Shown here one piece after another: positions 1-12,600 of a DNA stretch of 64,000 nt. The translations under genes and the position numbers were made by a program. The stretch comes from Macrostomum lignano (Eukaryota). Below the pieces are notes generated by a model. That model ran no database searches. It had not been told where the DNA came from and worked only from the letters and a program-made list of their open reading frames with translations. Every line of letters begins with the position of its first letter. The stretch's first letter is position 1. Location of the stretch: contig NIVC01001425.1 of the NCBI GenBank assembly GCA_002269645.1, positions 52,666 through 116,665 on the forward strand, written 5' to 3'.

Positions 1-19
1 CTGTAAGCCGCTGCTGTGT

Positions 20-770
20 GATGCTGCTGTGATGCAGATCTGGGAGGGCGGCTGTGGCCCAGCAACTGAGGATCTGGGAGGGCGGCCCTGCAACTGGATC
101 TAAGAGGGCGGCAGTGGCCCAGCAACTGAGGATCTGGGAGTGTGGCGGTGACCCCAGCAGCTGAGGATCTGGGAGGGTGGCTCAGCAACTGAGGATCTGG
201 GAGCATAGCAGTGGTCCAGCAACTGAGGATCTGGGAGCATAGCAGTGGTCCAGCAACTGAGGATCTGGGAGCATAGCAGTGGTCCAGCAACTGAGGATCT
301 GGGAGGGCGGCGGTGACCCCAGCAACTGAGGATCTGGGAGGCGGCTCAGCAACTGAGGATCTGGGAGGGCGGCTCAGCAACTGAGGATCTGGGAGGGCGG
401 CTCAGCAACTGAGGATCTGTGAGGGCGGCTCAGCAACTGAGGATCTGGGAGGGCGGCTCAGCAACTGAGGATCTGGGAGGGCGGCTCAGCAACTGAGGAT
501 CTGGGAGGGTGGCTCAGCAACTGAGGATCTGGAAGGGCGGCTCAGCAACTGAGGATCTGGAAGGGTGGCCCTGCAACTAGGGATCTGGGAGGGCGGCAGT
601 GGCCCAGCAACTGAGGATCTGGGAGGGCGGCGGTGACCCCAGCAACTGGGGATCTGGGAGGGCGGCGGTGACCCCAGCAACTGGGATCTGGGAGGGCGGC
701 TCAGCAACTGAGGATCTGGGAGGGTGGTCCAGCAACTGAGGATCTGGGAGCATGACAGTGGTCCAGCAAC
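20..770. repeat. ~28-bp minisatellite (cagcaactgaggatctgggagggcggct), probably intronic in the TRMT10C-like gene
   Basis: Over 20 imperfect tandem copies. A gtaag donor-like site lies at 3 and an acceptor at 970. Confidence 0.9.
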
Positions 771-970
771 TGAGGATTCTTGAGGTACACAGGTACTTCA
801 CTAAAGCTCTAGGAAATTGGCCTGGTAACTGTTTAACTTATGGATCTAGGAGAATGCTACCGCTCAATCTGGGTACTTCGTTGGATGACATCGCAAGCCA
901 TGAGTATGTGGGAGGGTGTCAGCTAAAAATCCCAAGCTCGCATGTCCCCAATCCTTGCCCAATCGCCCAG

Positions 971-3359
971 GCAGACAGGCTGCTGCTTACCAAGGCCTGT
1001 ACCGGCTGGCGCTGCACCAAAGCCAAGACGATTGGCTGGCCAGACCGCCTGGCCAGGCCATCCAGCTGGCTCGCAGCTTGGCCGGCTTGGCCCTGGAGGC
1101 TGGACTGCCAACGGAGGAGCGGCAGCCGTTGCTATTGGACTTCTCCGGCTACAGCAATGGCCATCTGGAGTGGCGCCATCTGGCCCGCCAGGTGCTGCTC
1201 TGTCTGCAAGCTAACTATGCAGCTGATCGCCCGTTTCACTAATCGCCTGCGGCCTGCATCCCGACTGCGTGTTTCGTCAGTATTTTACTCTCGCCACTGG
1301 CGGCGTGGGCTTCGATGAGCTGCCGTTGGACTCTGTTGATAGTCTGGAGTCAGCCGTGGCCAGGTATTGAATGCGTTGCATTTTTAGGGTATTAGGACCA
1401 TGATTTAATGTAATTCAAATCAGCATCCAGCTTGATCCAACAGATCATCCCAGCCTTGACCAATAGATCATCCCAGCCTGACCAATAGATCATCCCAGCC
1501 CTGACCAATAGATCATCCCAGCCTTGACCAATAGATCATCCCAGCCCTGACCAATAGATCATCCCAGCCCTGACTAATAGATCACCCCAGCCCTGACCAA
1601 TAGATCACCCCAGCCCTGACCAATAGATCATCCCAGCCCTGACTAATAGATCATCCCAGCCTTGACCAATAGATCATCCAGCCCTGACCAATAGATCACC
1701 CCAGCCCTGACCAATAGATCATCCCAGCCCTGACTAATAGATCATCCCAGCCCTGACTAATAGATCATCCCAGCCCTGACTAATAGATCATCCCAGCCCT
1801 GACTAATAGATCATCCCAGCCCTGACCAATAGATCATCCCAGCCCTGACCAATAGATCATCCCAGCTCAGTCCAATAGATCACCCAGCTCAGTCCAATAG
1901 ATCACCCAGCTCAGTCCAATAGATCACCCAGCTCAGTCCAATAGATCGCTCAGCTCAGTCCAATAGATCGCTCAGCTCAGTCCAATAGATCGCTCAGCTC
2001 AGTCCAATAGATCGCTCAGCTCAGTCCAATAGATCGCTCAGCTCAGTCCAATAGATCGCTCAGCTCAGTCCAATAGATCGCTCAGCTCAGTCCAATAGAT
2101 CGCTCAGCTCAGTCCAATAGATCGCTCAGCTCAGTCCAATAGATCGCTCAGCTCAGTCCAATAGATCGCTCAGCTCAGTCCAATAGATCGCTCAGCTCAG
2201 TCCAATAGATCGCTCAGCTCAGTCCAATAGATCACCAGCTCAGTCCAATAGATCACCCAGCTCAGTCCAATAGATCACCCAGCTCAGTCCAATAGATCAC
2301 CCAGCTCAGTCCAATAGATCACCCAGCTCAGTCCAATAGATCACCCAGCTCAGTCTAATAGATCACCCAGCTCAGTCCAATAGATCACCAGCTCAGTCCA
2401 ATAGATCACCCAGCTCAGTCCAATAGATCGCTCAGCTCAGTCCAATAGATCGCTCAGCTCAGTCCAATAGATCGCTCAGCTCAGTCCAATAGATCACTCA
2501 GCTCAGTCCAATAGATCACCCAGCTCAGTCCAATAGATCACCCAGCTCAGTCCAATAGATCACCCAGCTCAGTCCAATAGATCACCCAGCTCAGTCCAAT
2601 AGATCACCCAGCTCAGTCCAATAGATCACCCAGCTCGATCTAATAGATCACATCAGCTCAGTCCAATAGATCGTTCAGCTCAGTCCAATAGATCACCCAG
2701 CTCAGTCCAATAGATCACCCAGCTCAGTCCAATAGATCACCCAGCTCAGTCCAATAGATCACCCAGTTCAGTCCAATAGATCACCCAGCTCAGATCCAAA
2801 AGCTTGAAGCATGCAATAACCGAATCTAACAAAGTACACCAAGAACTTTCGCTGTCATTCCCATCTATAGATTCGGCCGCGATCGGCTACTCTATCTATC
2901 GGCATTTTCGCCCAACGCGGCTCCCAATGCGAACGGCTATTCCAACCCAACACTTCGTCTTCATCATCGTTTCAATCGCCTTCCGTCGCTCTAATTGTCG
3001 GCGTGACCGCATCTGGCGACGCTGCCAACCGGTTGTCGGTGGCTCGGGCCGAGCAGTTCGGCCTGAGACACGCCCGCCTACCGCTGGCTGATCGGTGTAG
3101 GAGCGGCGGGCGGAGACGGTTAGTAACCGGCCTGCCCGATCTGCCTATCGGCCCGCTCACTAAACTGCTGCTTCGGTTGGCCGACACCGGCGGCGCCTGG
3201 GCGGTGGCTTCTCGCGAGGTGCCCGATCGATATTTGGACAATGAAGGAGCCGAGGCCGACGCCGATGCTGACTCTGTTGACGGCCCGCTGCCCGGCATGG
3301 CCTTCCGGTCGCTTTACGGCATGCGGCTGGAGCACGTTCGGGATTTACTGGCTGATTGA
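971..3359 (+). CDS. TRMT10C: TRMT10C/MRPP1-like SPOUT tRNA methyltransferase, last two exons (971-1363, 2871-3359); each exon needs one -1 frame correction
   Basis: QPLLLDFSGY...ARQVLLCLQANYAADRPFH(LIACGL), then across a phase-2 GT-AG intron RFGRDRLLYLSAFSPN, then ALIVG...SVARAEQFGLRHARLPL...LLLRLADTGGAWAVASREVP. These follow the recalled TRMT10C motifs QPLVFD, PFHIYFCNL, FPKDSIIYLTADSPN and SLAKAKRLNLATECLPL in order. Confidence 0.75.
1425..2795. repeat. Intronic two-phase minisatellite: 23-bp unit (ccagccctgaccaatagatcatc) changing to a 22-bp unit (cagctcagtccaatagatcgct/cacc)
   Basis: Tandem copies visible directly, inside intron 1364-2870. Confidence 0.95.
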
Positions 3360-3499
3360 TGCTTTTATATTGGCACTATGAAGTCGCCTAATTTTAAAAA
3401 AACTAAATGTGCTATCTACGGGTGCTTAATTGTTGTCTGTAAGCTGGCGAAGTGTACTTTGTATTTAAAACCGTATCAATTGGATGGATTAAGTACCTG

Positions 3500-3511
3500 A
3501 GGGTGCACACC

Positions 3512-3554
<43 letters not shown>

Positions 3555-3603
3555 CAGAGACAGACAGAGACAGATTGAGGGACAGACAGACAGACAGATA
3601 GAA

Positions 3604-3655
<52 letters not shown>

Positions 3656-3897
3656 CAGAGACAGATTGACGGACAGACAGACAGACAGACAGATAGAAAA
3701 ACAGACAGACCGGCAGACAGACAGACAGAGACAGATTGACGGACAGACAGACAGACAGACAGATAGACAGGCAGACAGACAGACAGAGACAGATTGACGG
3801 ACAGACAGACAGACAGACAGATAGAAAAACAGACAGACCGGCAGACAGACAGACAGAGACAGATTGAAGGACAGACACAGGCAGACCAGACAGACAC
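3500..3897. repeat. (GACA)n compound microsatellite
   Basis: Long agac runs with interruptions. Confidence 0.95.
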
Positions 3898-4213
3898 AGG
3901 CGATTCAACATAGAAATCAAGCGATATTGTTAAGTTTGTTTTAGCACAGAGATGCAGTTGTTATTGCAATTTTTTGAAAATAAATAATGCATTTAAATTC
4001 TACTTTTGGTTCGAGATATTTTGTCTCACTTGTTTTTTGGTATTCAATTTCTTTTTCTTATTTGTTGTTGTCTCGCTATTTTATTTTATTATTTATGTTT
4101 ATTTTCAAGGCAATCTGTCCCCTCTTTGCTACTGTTAGTAGAGTGTATTCTCACTAATTCGTACTAAGATAATTCGCTAGCAAATCCGAATTGCAACTCC
4201 AGTTAGCGTTGCC

Positions 4214-5695
4214 ATGTCTCGGACTGGGAAGAAAAACAAATCTTACGGCTTGATCATACCGGGCGAGGAGAGGGCGAAGCAGCGGCAACAGCAGCAACAA
4301 CAGCAACAGAAGCAGCAGCTGTCTCGACCGTCGATATTCGACGACAGCGATTCAGACGGCGAGGCCGAAGCTAAATTTGACGCAAAATTTGCCAAATTCG
4401 ACGCTAAAAAAGCGGCTTTAGAAGCGTCGGGCAATAGCCGGTTGAAGAGCTCCACCAGGGCGGACATAGACAAATGCCTGGCCGAGGACCCCAGCATATT
4501 CGAATACGATTCCATCTACGATCAGATTACCGAACGGAAGCCCGAGCGGCAAACTGTTAAAACTGTGAGCGACCGGGCGCCCAAGTACATTGGCGGCCTG
4601 ATGCAAGCGGCTGGAGAGCGCAAGATGGAGCGCGAGTATCAGAAAGAGAAGAAAATTCAAGCGGAGCGCGAGGCAGAAGGCGAACTGTACGCCGATAAAG
4701 AGGCCTTTGTAACATCTGCTTATAAAAAGAAATTGGCCGAGTTTTCCGAATTGGAGCGGCAGCACAAGCTGCAGGAGGCCAAGGATGCCAGGTAATCACA
4801 TTGGCCTGGTTTAGTGATTGGGACAGCGGAGAGGCAGATTCAGGGACTGACTGATGGAGTGGAGAGACAGATTCAGGGACTGACTGAGTCAGTGGAGAGG
4901 CAGATTCAGGGGCTGAGGGAGTGGAGAGGCAGATTCAGGGGCTGAGGGAGTGGAGAGGCAAATTCAGGGACTGGGGGAGCGGAGAGGCAGATTCAGGGAC
5001 TGAGGGAGCGGAGAGGCAGATTCAGGGACTGAGGGAGCGGAGAGGCAGATTCAGGGACTGAGGGAGCGGAGAGGCAGATTCAGGGACTGAGGGAGCGGAG
5101 AGGCAGATTCAGGGACTGAGAGAGCGGAGAGGCAGATTCAGGGACTGAGGGAGCGGAGAGGCAGATTCAGGGACTGAGGGAGCGGAGAGGCAGATTCAGG
5201 GACTGAGGGAGCGGAGGCTATCAGTGACCTGATTTAGCTGGCATTCAATAATTCAGTGAATGAATTTGCAGGCAAGCAGCCGCAAAGCAGCAGGACCTGA
5301 CGGGATTCTATCGCAATCTGCTTGACCGCGGCCGCAAGCCTCAATCCGAGGAGCCGCCGCCGCCTCAGCTGCCTCAGTCTTCGTCATCATCATCAGCGGC
5401 GGTCCGGGATCGGGACCGGGATCGTAGGCAACCTCACCGACATCAGCATCGAAGGTCCAGAAGGTCCAGATCGAGGTCAAGTTCGGCCTCATCGTCGGGT
5501 GGCGCAGCCAAGTCAGCAAAAGCTTCAGCCGGCTCGGCAGGTCCGGTGCTCGATCCGCTACTATTAGTAAAGCTTCGCAGGCGTAACAACCAAGACGCCG
5601 TGAGCAGCGCCAGAGAGCGCTACCTGCAGCGCAAAGGCTTGACAGCGGCCGCGCCACCAATTGTGGCCGATAGCGATCAAGAAGATGACGATTGA
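4214..5695 (+). CDS. NSRP1: Nuclear speckle splicing regulatory protein 1 (CCDC55), exons 4214-4791 and 5272-5695, ~333 aa
   Basis: YGLI, EDPSIFEYDSIYD, PKYIGGLM, KEAFVTSAYKKKL, KQQDLTGFYRNLL and a C-terminal NNQDAVSSARERYLQRK. The phase-2 GT-AG intron keeps frame to TGA 5693-5695. Confidence 0.9.
4828..5216. repeat. 29-bp minisatellite (gagcggagaggcagattcagggactgagg) in the NSRP1 intron
   Basis: About 13 tandem copies. Confidence 0.95.
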
Positions 5696-5907
5696 AATAG
5701 AAACAGCGATATTAAATCTTGTATATTTATGTGCTTCTAACTATATGTGTAAACAATTTAAAATTGACATTTGTAAATAATTAAATAGTGTTAAACTATT
5801 TCATCGGGTTGAAGTCGACTTCTTTGTGGTTAGTTTAATTTTACCGTGGTTTAATTAGAAAATATTTGTTTAGGTTTCCATTCAAGGTTTTGGTTTGACC
5901 ATCTTGT

Positions 5908-6325
5908 AGACACGCTTGCACTTCACTTGTGTTTATTGCCATAGACACGCTTGCACTATCGGGTGTTTATTGCTATAGACACGCTTGCACTTTTAGGTGT
6001 TTATTGCTATAGACACGCTTGCACTATCGGGTGTTTATTGCTATAGACACGCTTGCACTATCGGGTGTTTATTGCTATAGACACGCTTGCACTATCGGGT
6101 GTTTATTGCTATAGACACGCTTGCACAATCGGGTGTTTATTGCTATAGACACGCTTGCACTATCGGGTGTTTATTGCTATAGACACGCTTGCACTATCGG
6201 GTGTTTATTGCTATAGACACGCTTGCACTATCGGGTGTTTATTGCTATAGACACGCTTGCACTATCGGGTGTTTATTGCTATAGACACGCTTGCACTATC
6301 GGGTGTTTATTGCCATAGACATCAT
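5908..6325. repeat. 34-bp minisatellite (tagacacgcttgcactatcgggtgtttattgcta) between NSRP1 and USP48
   Basis: About 12 tandem copies. Confidence 0.95.
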
Positions 6326-6617
6326 GCACTATTACACTAAAGCAGTTTTCCTATAATTAAAGCATGTATTTCAGTGTGGCTATGTATTCTTGCCTGCATA
6401 ATAACTATTAGCGAACTGTCAATTCAAAGTGTAGCTTAGCAGAAGAGCATAGGTATGATGATAACAATGAATATAAGAGCCTGATGCTTCTGCAGTCTCG
6501 AATATCCTCCCCAAGCCCTACCCACTCAGAATTCGCTGAGCAGATCTATAGCTAAAATGTCTAACTAAGCCAATTAACAAATGCTAACCCGCAGCCATTC
6601 GGCAGTCTAACCTAGCC

Positions 6618-9600
6618 ATGTCCACCTCCAAGTCGAAAGCCGCCAAACAGGCTGACGAACGCTGGTCCTGGACTGAGAGCGTCGAACCTGGCGACATCGC
6701 CGAGCACCAGCTGATGAAGGCCTACAACCTGCTGTCGGACACGTGTCCGCTGGGCGCCTGCCGCGGCAACTGCCGCCAGAATCCCTGCTGCCTGAACGGC
6801 CTCGGGCCGGACAAATTTGCGGAGACCGCCGAGGCTGCCACGTCTTTGGCCGCCATGGCCGGGCCGGTGGCGCTGGCCGCCGCTGCCGCTAAGCAACCGC
6901 CGTCCTGTTGTCCCGGCGACGCCGAAGCAGACGCTGATGACGCAACCGGTCAGCAGGATGATTCGGCCGCAGCTTCCTCATCGGACGGTCCAATTGGTCT
7001 CACCAATTATGGCAACACGTGCTATTTGAATTCGCTGTTGCAGTTGTACCTGCGCAGCCCGGATCTGGTGCAGGCCGTCTATCGGCTGCCCTCCGATGAT
7101 GACGCTATCATTCGCGAACTGCAGAGCATCTTTGCCAGGCTGCATCTGCAACGCGACGGCGTCTGCGAACCCGTGGCGTTTATTGAGGCCCTCAATTTGG
7201 ACAAGGGCATCCAGCAGGACGCCAGCGAGTTCAGGATCCTATTCCGACAGTTGTTGGAACGAAGATTTGATGAGTTTGACGACAATGTTATGAAGCATTA
7301 CACTGGATCTTACAAGTGAGCCAATGAAAGAAATCGTATTGAGAATCTATTCTCCAAGTTTCCCAGCCTAAATCTGCCAGAGAATCTGCCCCACACCTGT
7401 CTAAATATGCCAGAGAATCTACCCCACATCTGTCTAAATCTGCCAGAGAATCTACACCTGTCTAAATCTACCAGAGAATCTACCCCGCACCTGTCTAAAT
7501 CTGCCAGAGAATCTACCCCGCACCTGTCTAAATATGCCAGAGAATCTATACCTTTTTAAATCTGCCAGAGAATCTACCCCACACCTGTCAAAATCTGCCA
7601 GATAATCTACCCCACACCTGTCTAAATCTGCCAGAGAATCTACCCCACACCTGTCTGAATCTGCCAGATAATCTACCCCACACCTGTCTAAATCTGCCAG
7701 AGAATCTACCCCACACCTGTCTAAATCTGCCAGAGAATCTACCCCACACCTGTCTAAATCTGCCAGAGAATCTACACCTGTCTAAATCTACCAGAGAATC
7801 TACCCCGCACCTGTCTAAATCTGCCAGAGAATCTACCCCGCACCTGTCTAAATATGCCAGAGAATCTACCCCACACCTGTCTAAATCTGCCAGAGAATCT
7901 ACCCCACACCTGTCTAAATCTGCCAGAGAATCTACCCCACACCTGTCTAAATCTGCCAGAGAATCTACCCCACACCTGTCTAAATCTGCCAGAGAATCTA
8001 CCCCACACCTGTCAAAATCTGCCAGAGAATCTACTCCAAACCCTTCCAAATCTGCCACAGAAACTACCAGACCGTTTTTAATCTGCCACATAAACTACCA
8101 AACCGTTTTTTAAATCTGCCACAGAAACTACCAAACCGTTTTTTTATCTGCCACGGAATCTACCAGACCGTTTTTAATCTGCCACGGAATCTACCAAACC
8201 GTTTTTAATCTGCCACAGAAACTACCAGACCGTTTTTAATCTGCCACAGAAACTACCAGACCGTTTTTAATCTGCCACGGAATCTACCAAACCGTTTTTT
8301 AATCTGCCACAGAAACTACCAGACCGTTTTTAATCTGCCACAGAAACTACCAGACCGTTTTTAATCTGCCACAGAAACTACCAGACCGTTTTTAATCTGC
8401 CACAGAAACTACCAGACCGTTTTTAATCTGCCACAGAAACTACCAGACCGTTTTTAATCTGCCACAGAAACTACCAGACCGTTTTTAATCTGCCACAGAA
8501 ACTACCAGACCGTTTTTAATCTGCCACAGAAACTACCAGACCGTTTTTAATCTGCCACAGAAACTACCAGACCGTTTATAATCTGCCACAAAAACTACCA
8601 GACCGTTTTTAATCTGCCACAGAAACTACCAGACCGTTTTAAATTTGCCACAGAAACTACCAGACCGTTTTTAATCTGCCACAGAAACTACCAGACCGTT
8701 TATAATCTGCCACAGAAACTACCAGACCGTTTTTAATCTGCCACAGAAACTACCAGACCGTTTTTAATCTGCCACAGAAACTACCAGACCGTTTTTAATA
8801 TGCCACAGAAACTACCCCTATAGGTGCCTGAAAACGATAAATTCTGAAGAATGTGCTCATACAGCAATTTCAACCCAAGCCACCACCATCCTAATCATCC
8901 CCTTAGATACGTGACTCGCTGTCACGCCTGCAGCTATCTGTCGGAACGCGAGTCAAATTTTCACGAGCTCTGCTTAAACCTGACCAGCACTTTGCTGACT
9001 GACTGCCTTCGCGAGTTCTTAGCCCGACAGGACCTGGCCGGGGAGAGTCAGTACAACTGCCCCGTGTGCCAGGCGCCACGGGACGCTAGCGTAGGCGTAG
9101 AACTGGTGTCCCTGCCCGACGAGCTGTGCCTCCAGCTGATGCGATTTGACTTCGACATGCGCACCCTGCGCAAGAAGAAAGTGAAATCCCCGATTGCTTA
9201 TCCTGAGACCATTGAAATGTCCGAATTCCTGTCCGGAGCTGAGCCCTACGTGCTCAAGGCTGTGCTCATTCATATTGGACCGCAGGTAACTAAATTATGC
9301 TTGTTTTGCTATTTTAGCTATGATGGGGCGAGTTAATCCTGTCTGTAGATTATGGTGGGGTGTTAATCCTGTCTGTGGATTATGGTGGGGTGTTAATCCG
9401 TCGGTAGATTATGGTGGGGTGTTAATCCTGTCTGTGGATTATGGTGGGGTGTTAATCCTGTCGGTAGATTATGGTGGGGTGTTAATTCTGTCTGTGGATT
9501 ATGGTGGGGTGTTAATCCTGTCGGTAGATTATGGTGGGGTGTTAATCCTGTCTGTAGATTATGATGGGGTGTTAATCCTGTCGGTAGATTATGGTGGGGT

Positions 9601-12600
9601 GTTAATCCTGTCTGTGGATTATGGTGGGGTGTTAATCCTGTCGGTAGATTATGGTGGGGTGTTAATTCTGTCTGTGGATTATGGTGGGGTGTTAATCCTG
9701 TCGGTAGATTATGGTGGGGTGTTAATCCTGTCTGTAGATTATGATGGGGCGAGTTAATCCTGTCTATCTGTAGCTTATGATGGGGCGAGTTAATCCTGTC
9801 GGTAGATTATGGTGGGGTGTTAATCCTGTCTGTAGATTATGATGGGGCGAGTTAATCCTGTCTCTGTGGATTATGGTGGGGGTGTTAATCCTGTCTGTAG
9901 ATTATATTAGGTGTGTTAATCCTGTCGGTAGATTATAATGGGGTGTTAATCCTGTCTGTAGATTATAGTGGGGTGTTAATCCTATCTCTTTGGATTATGT
10001 TGAAGCGAGTAAATCCTATCTAGATTATTCCAGCTAGCCTTCCGATAGAAATAACTGCACTGTTATATTGAACACACGCAGGCCACAGGCGGTCACTACG
10101 TAGCCATTGTTCGGGACTACAGCCGGGGCTGGCTGGTGTGCAACGATAGCCAGGTGTACCCAGTGAAGCACAAGCTATTAAAGCGACAAGAAGAGAAGCT
10201 GGAGCAGTCGATGGGGTACTCGGCCAGCCGGCCAACTGAGAAAGCCTCGGCCGCTGTGCCCGGGAAAGACTGGCACCTGTCGCAGAATGCCTACATTCTA
10301 GTGTACGAGAAGCGCAGCGTATTCGAAGCGCACAAGGCTAATCCTAATCTGGCCGCGGTGCCGGACAAACTGGCCGAGCTGGTCAACGCCGAGAACGCCG
10401 CCCGGGCTCGCCTGGCCAGCGCAGTGGCTAGACGCGAGCGTCGGCATCGGGACTTCCTGGGCAGGCTGGCTAGCCGGGTGCTGCCGCTGCTTCAACGAGT
10501 TGATTGTCACGCTTTTGTACCGTCTGCCTGGTTGCAGGTAGCTTGATTTGTCACTCTGTGTGCCTGTCTGTATTTCATATTTAATTTCATCTTTTTTGGG
10601 CCCTTGATTGTGTAGATATTAGTTAAGGTGGATCTGGCTCTTTGAGAATGTGTTTAGCTCTCCATGAGCAGGTTTGGATCGTCATTTGAGCAGTTTTTTT
10701 AGCTTCATATGAGCAAGTTTGGATTCTCATATGAGCAGTTTTTAGCTTCATATGAGTAGATTTGGTTCCCAGGAGCAGTTTTAGCTTCTCATAAGCTGAT
10801 TTTAGCTTCTCTCATGAGCAGTTTCAGCTTCTCTGATGAGCAGTTTCAGCTTCTCTCATGAGCAGTTTCAGCTTCTCTCATGAGCAGTTTCAGCTTCTCT
10901 GATGAGCAGTTTCAGCTTCTCTCATGAGCAGTTTCAGCTTCTTTCATGAGCAGTTTCAGCTTCTCTCATGAGCAGTTTCAGCTTCTCTCATGAGCAGTTT
11001 CAACTTCTCTCATGAGCAGTTTCAGCTTCTCTGATGAGCAGTTTCAGCTTCTCTGATGAGCAGTTTCAGCTTCTCTCATGAGCAGTTTCAGCTTCTCTCA
11101 TGAGCAGTTTCAGCTTCTCTCATGAGCAGTTTCAGCTTCTCTCATGAGCAGTTTCAGCTTCTCTCATGAGCAGTTTCAGCTTCTCTCATGAGCAGTTTCA
11201 GCTTCTCACAACATAAGCAGTTTTAAGCTTCTCAAGAGCACTTCAACATCTCATGAGTAGTTTTGGCTTCCCTATGTGGCGCTCTATGAGGGGATTTAGC
11301 GTCACGGGAGCCAGTTTGGTGATGCCCCTATCGGTATTCGTAGAAAAAGCGACCAATTTTACACCTATTATAAGCAACATAGCAAAACATTTCGCGCAGA
11401 CAGTATTCAACAGCAGCCCAGAGGACGTTGGCGAATCCGGCGACGAAGTTGCCTTCTTCCTGCGCACCCTGGACTCCTGTGCATACGCCCAGTACGTCTG
11501 CCCGCACGGCCGCCTGCTGCCCGAGTGCGTCGGTCCGCACGTCAAAGCTGTCAATCGGGACCTGTTCGATTTTCTCTCCAATAACCAGAGCAGCAGCGCC
11601 AGCGCCGCTGAGCCTGACGGTAAAGCAGCTGAAGACGACGACGCGATGTCGACTGACTCCGTCGTGACACCCGTGCCGGCGCCGTTTCTTGCCGACGAGT
11701 CGGCACTCTGTCTGGCCTGCGTGCGGCAGCGATGCGCCAGGATTCGACTGGACTCGAGGCTGGCTACCGATGCCAAACTGATTGACAAGGCGGCTAAGCG
11801 CAAGCCGGAGTACCAGCATCACCTGCCGGTGGGTTTGCCACATTTCTGTCCAGGTGGATGCGCGCTAAACCGATGTTTATGAGATAAGCAACAGCAGCTC
11901 ACCTGAAGACCATGTTTGAGATTAGCAACAGCAGCTCACCTGAAGACCATGTTTGAGATTAGCAACAGCAGCTCACCTGAAGACCATGTTTGAGATTAGC
12001 AACAGCAGCTCACCTGAAGACCATGTTTGAGATTAGCAACAGCAGCTCACCTGAAGACCATGTTTGAGATTAGCAACAGCAGCTCACCTGAAGACCATGT
12101 TTGAGATTAGCAACAGCAGCTCACCTGAAGACCATGTTTGAGATTAGCAACAGCAGCTCACCTGAAGACCATGTTTGAGATTAGCAACAGCAGCTCACCT
12201 GAAGACCATGTTTGAGATTAGCAACAGCAGCTCACCTGAAGACCATGTTTGAGATTAGCAACAGCAGCTCACCTGAAGACCATGTTTGAGATTAGCAACA
12301 GCAGCTCACCTGAAGACCATGTTTGAGATAAGCAACAGCAGCTCACCTGAAGACCATGTTTGAGATTAGCAACAGCAGCTCACCTGAAGACCATGTTTGA
12401 GATTAGCAACAGCAGCTCAGCTGAAGACCATGTTTGAGATTAGCAGCTGCTCACCTGAAGACCATGTTTGAGATTAGCAGCTGCTCACTTTGAAGGGCAT
12501 TTTTGAGATCACCTGAAGGGAATGTTTAAGAGTAGCTGCCACTCACCTGAAGGGCATGCTTGGGATTAGCATCTTAAGTGAAACGAAATGCATTGTGGCA

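Noticed and set aside
3412-3920. VCLS-repeat ORFs (also 25338-26163)
   Set aside because: GACA/CTGT microsatellite translations.
11253-11399. 5' part of the 209-aa ORF as an independent gene start
   Set aside because: USP48 similarity begins at the phase-0 acceptor at 11399/11400; the upstream part is intron.
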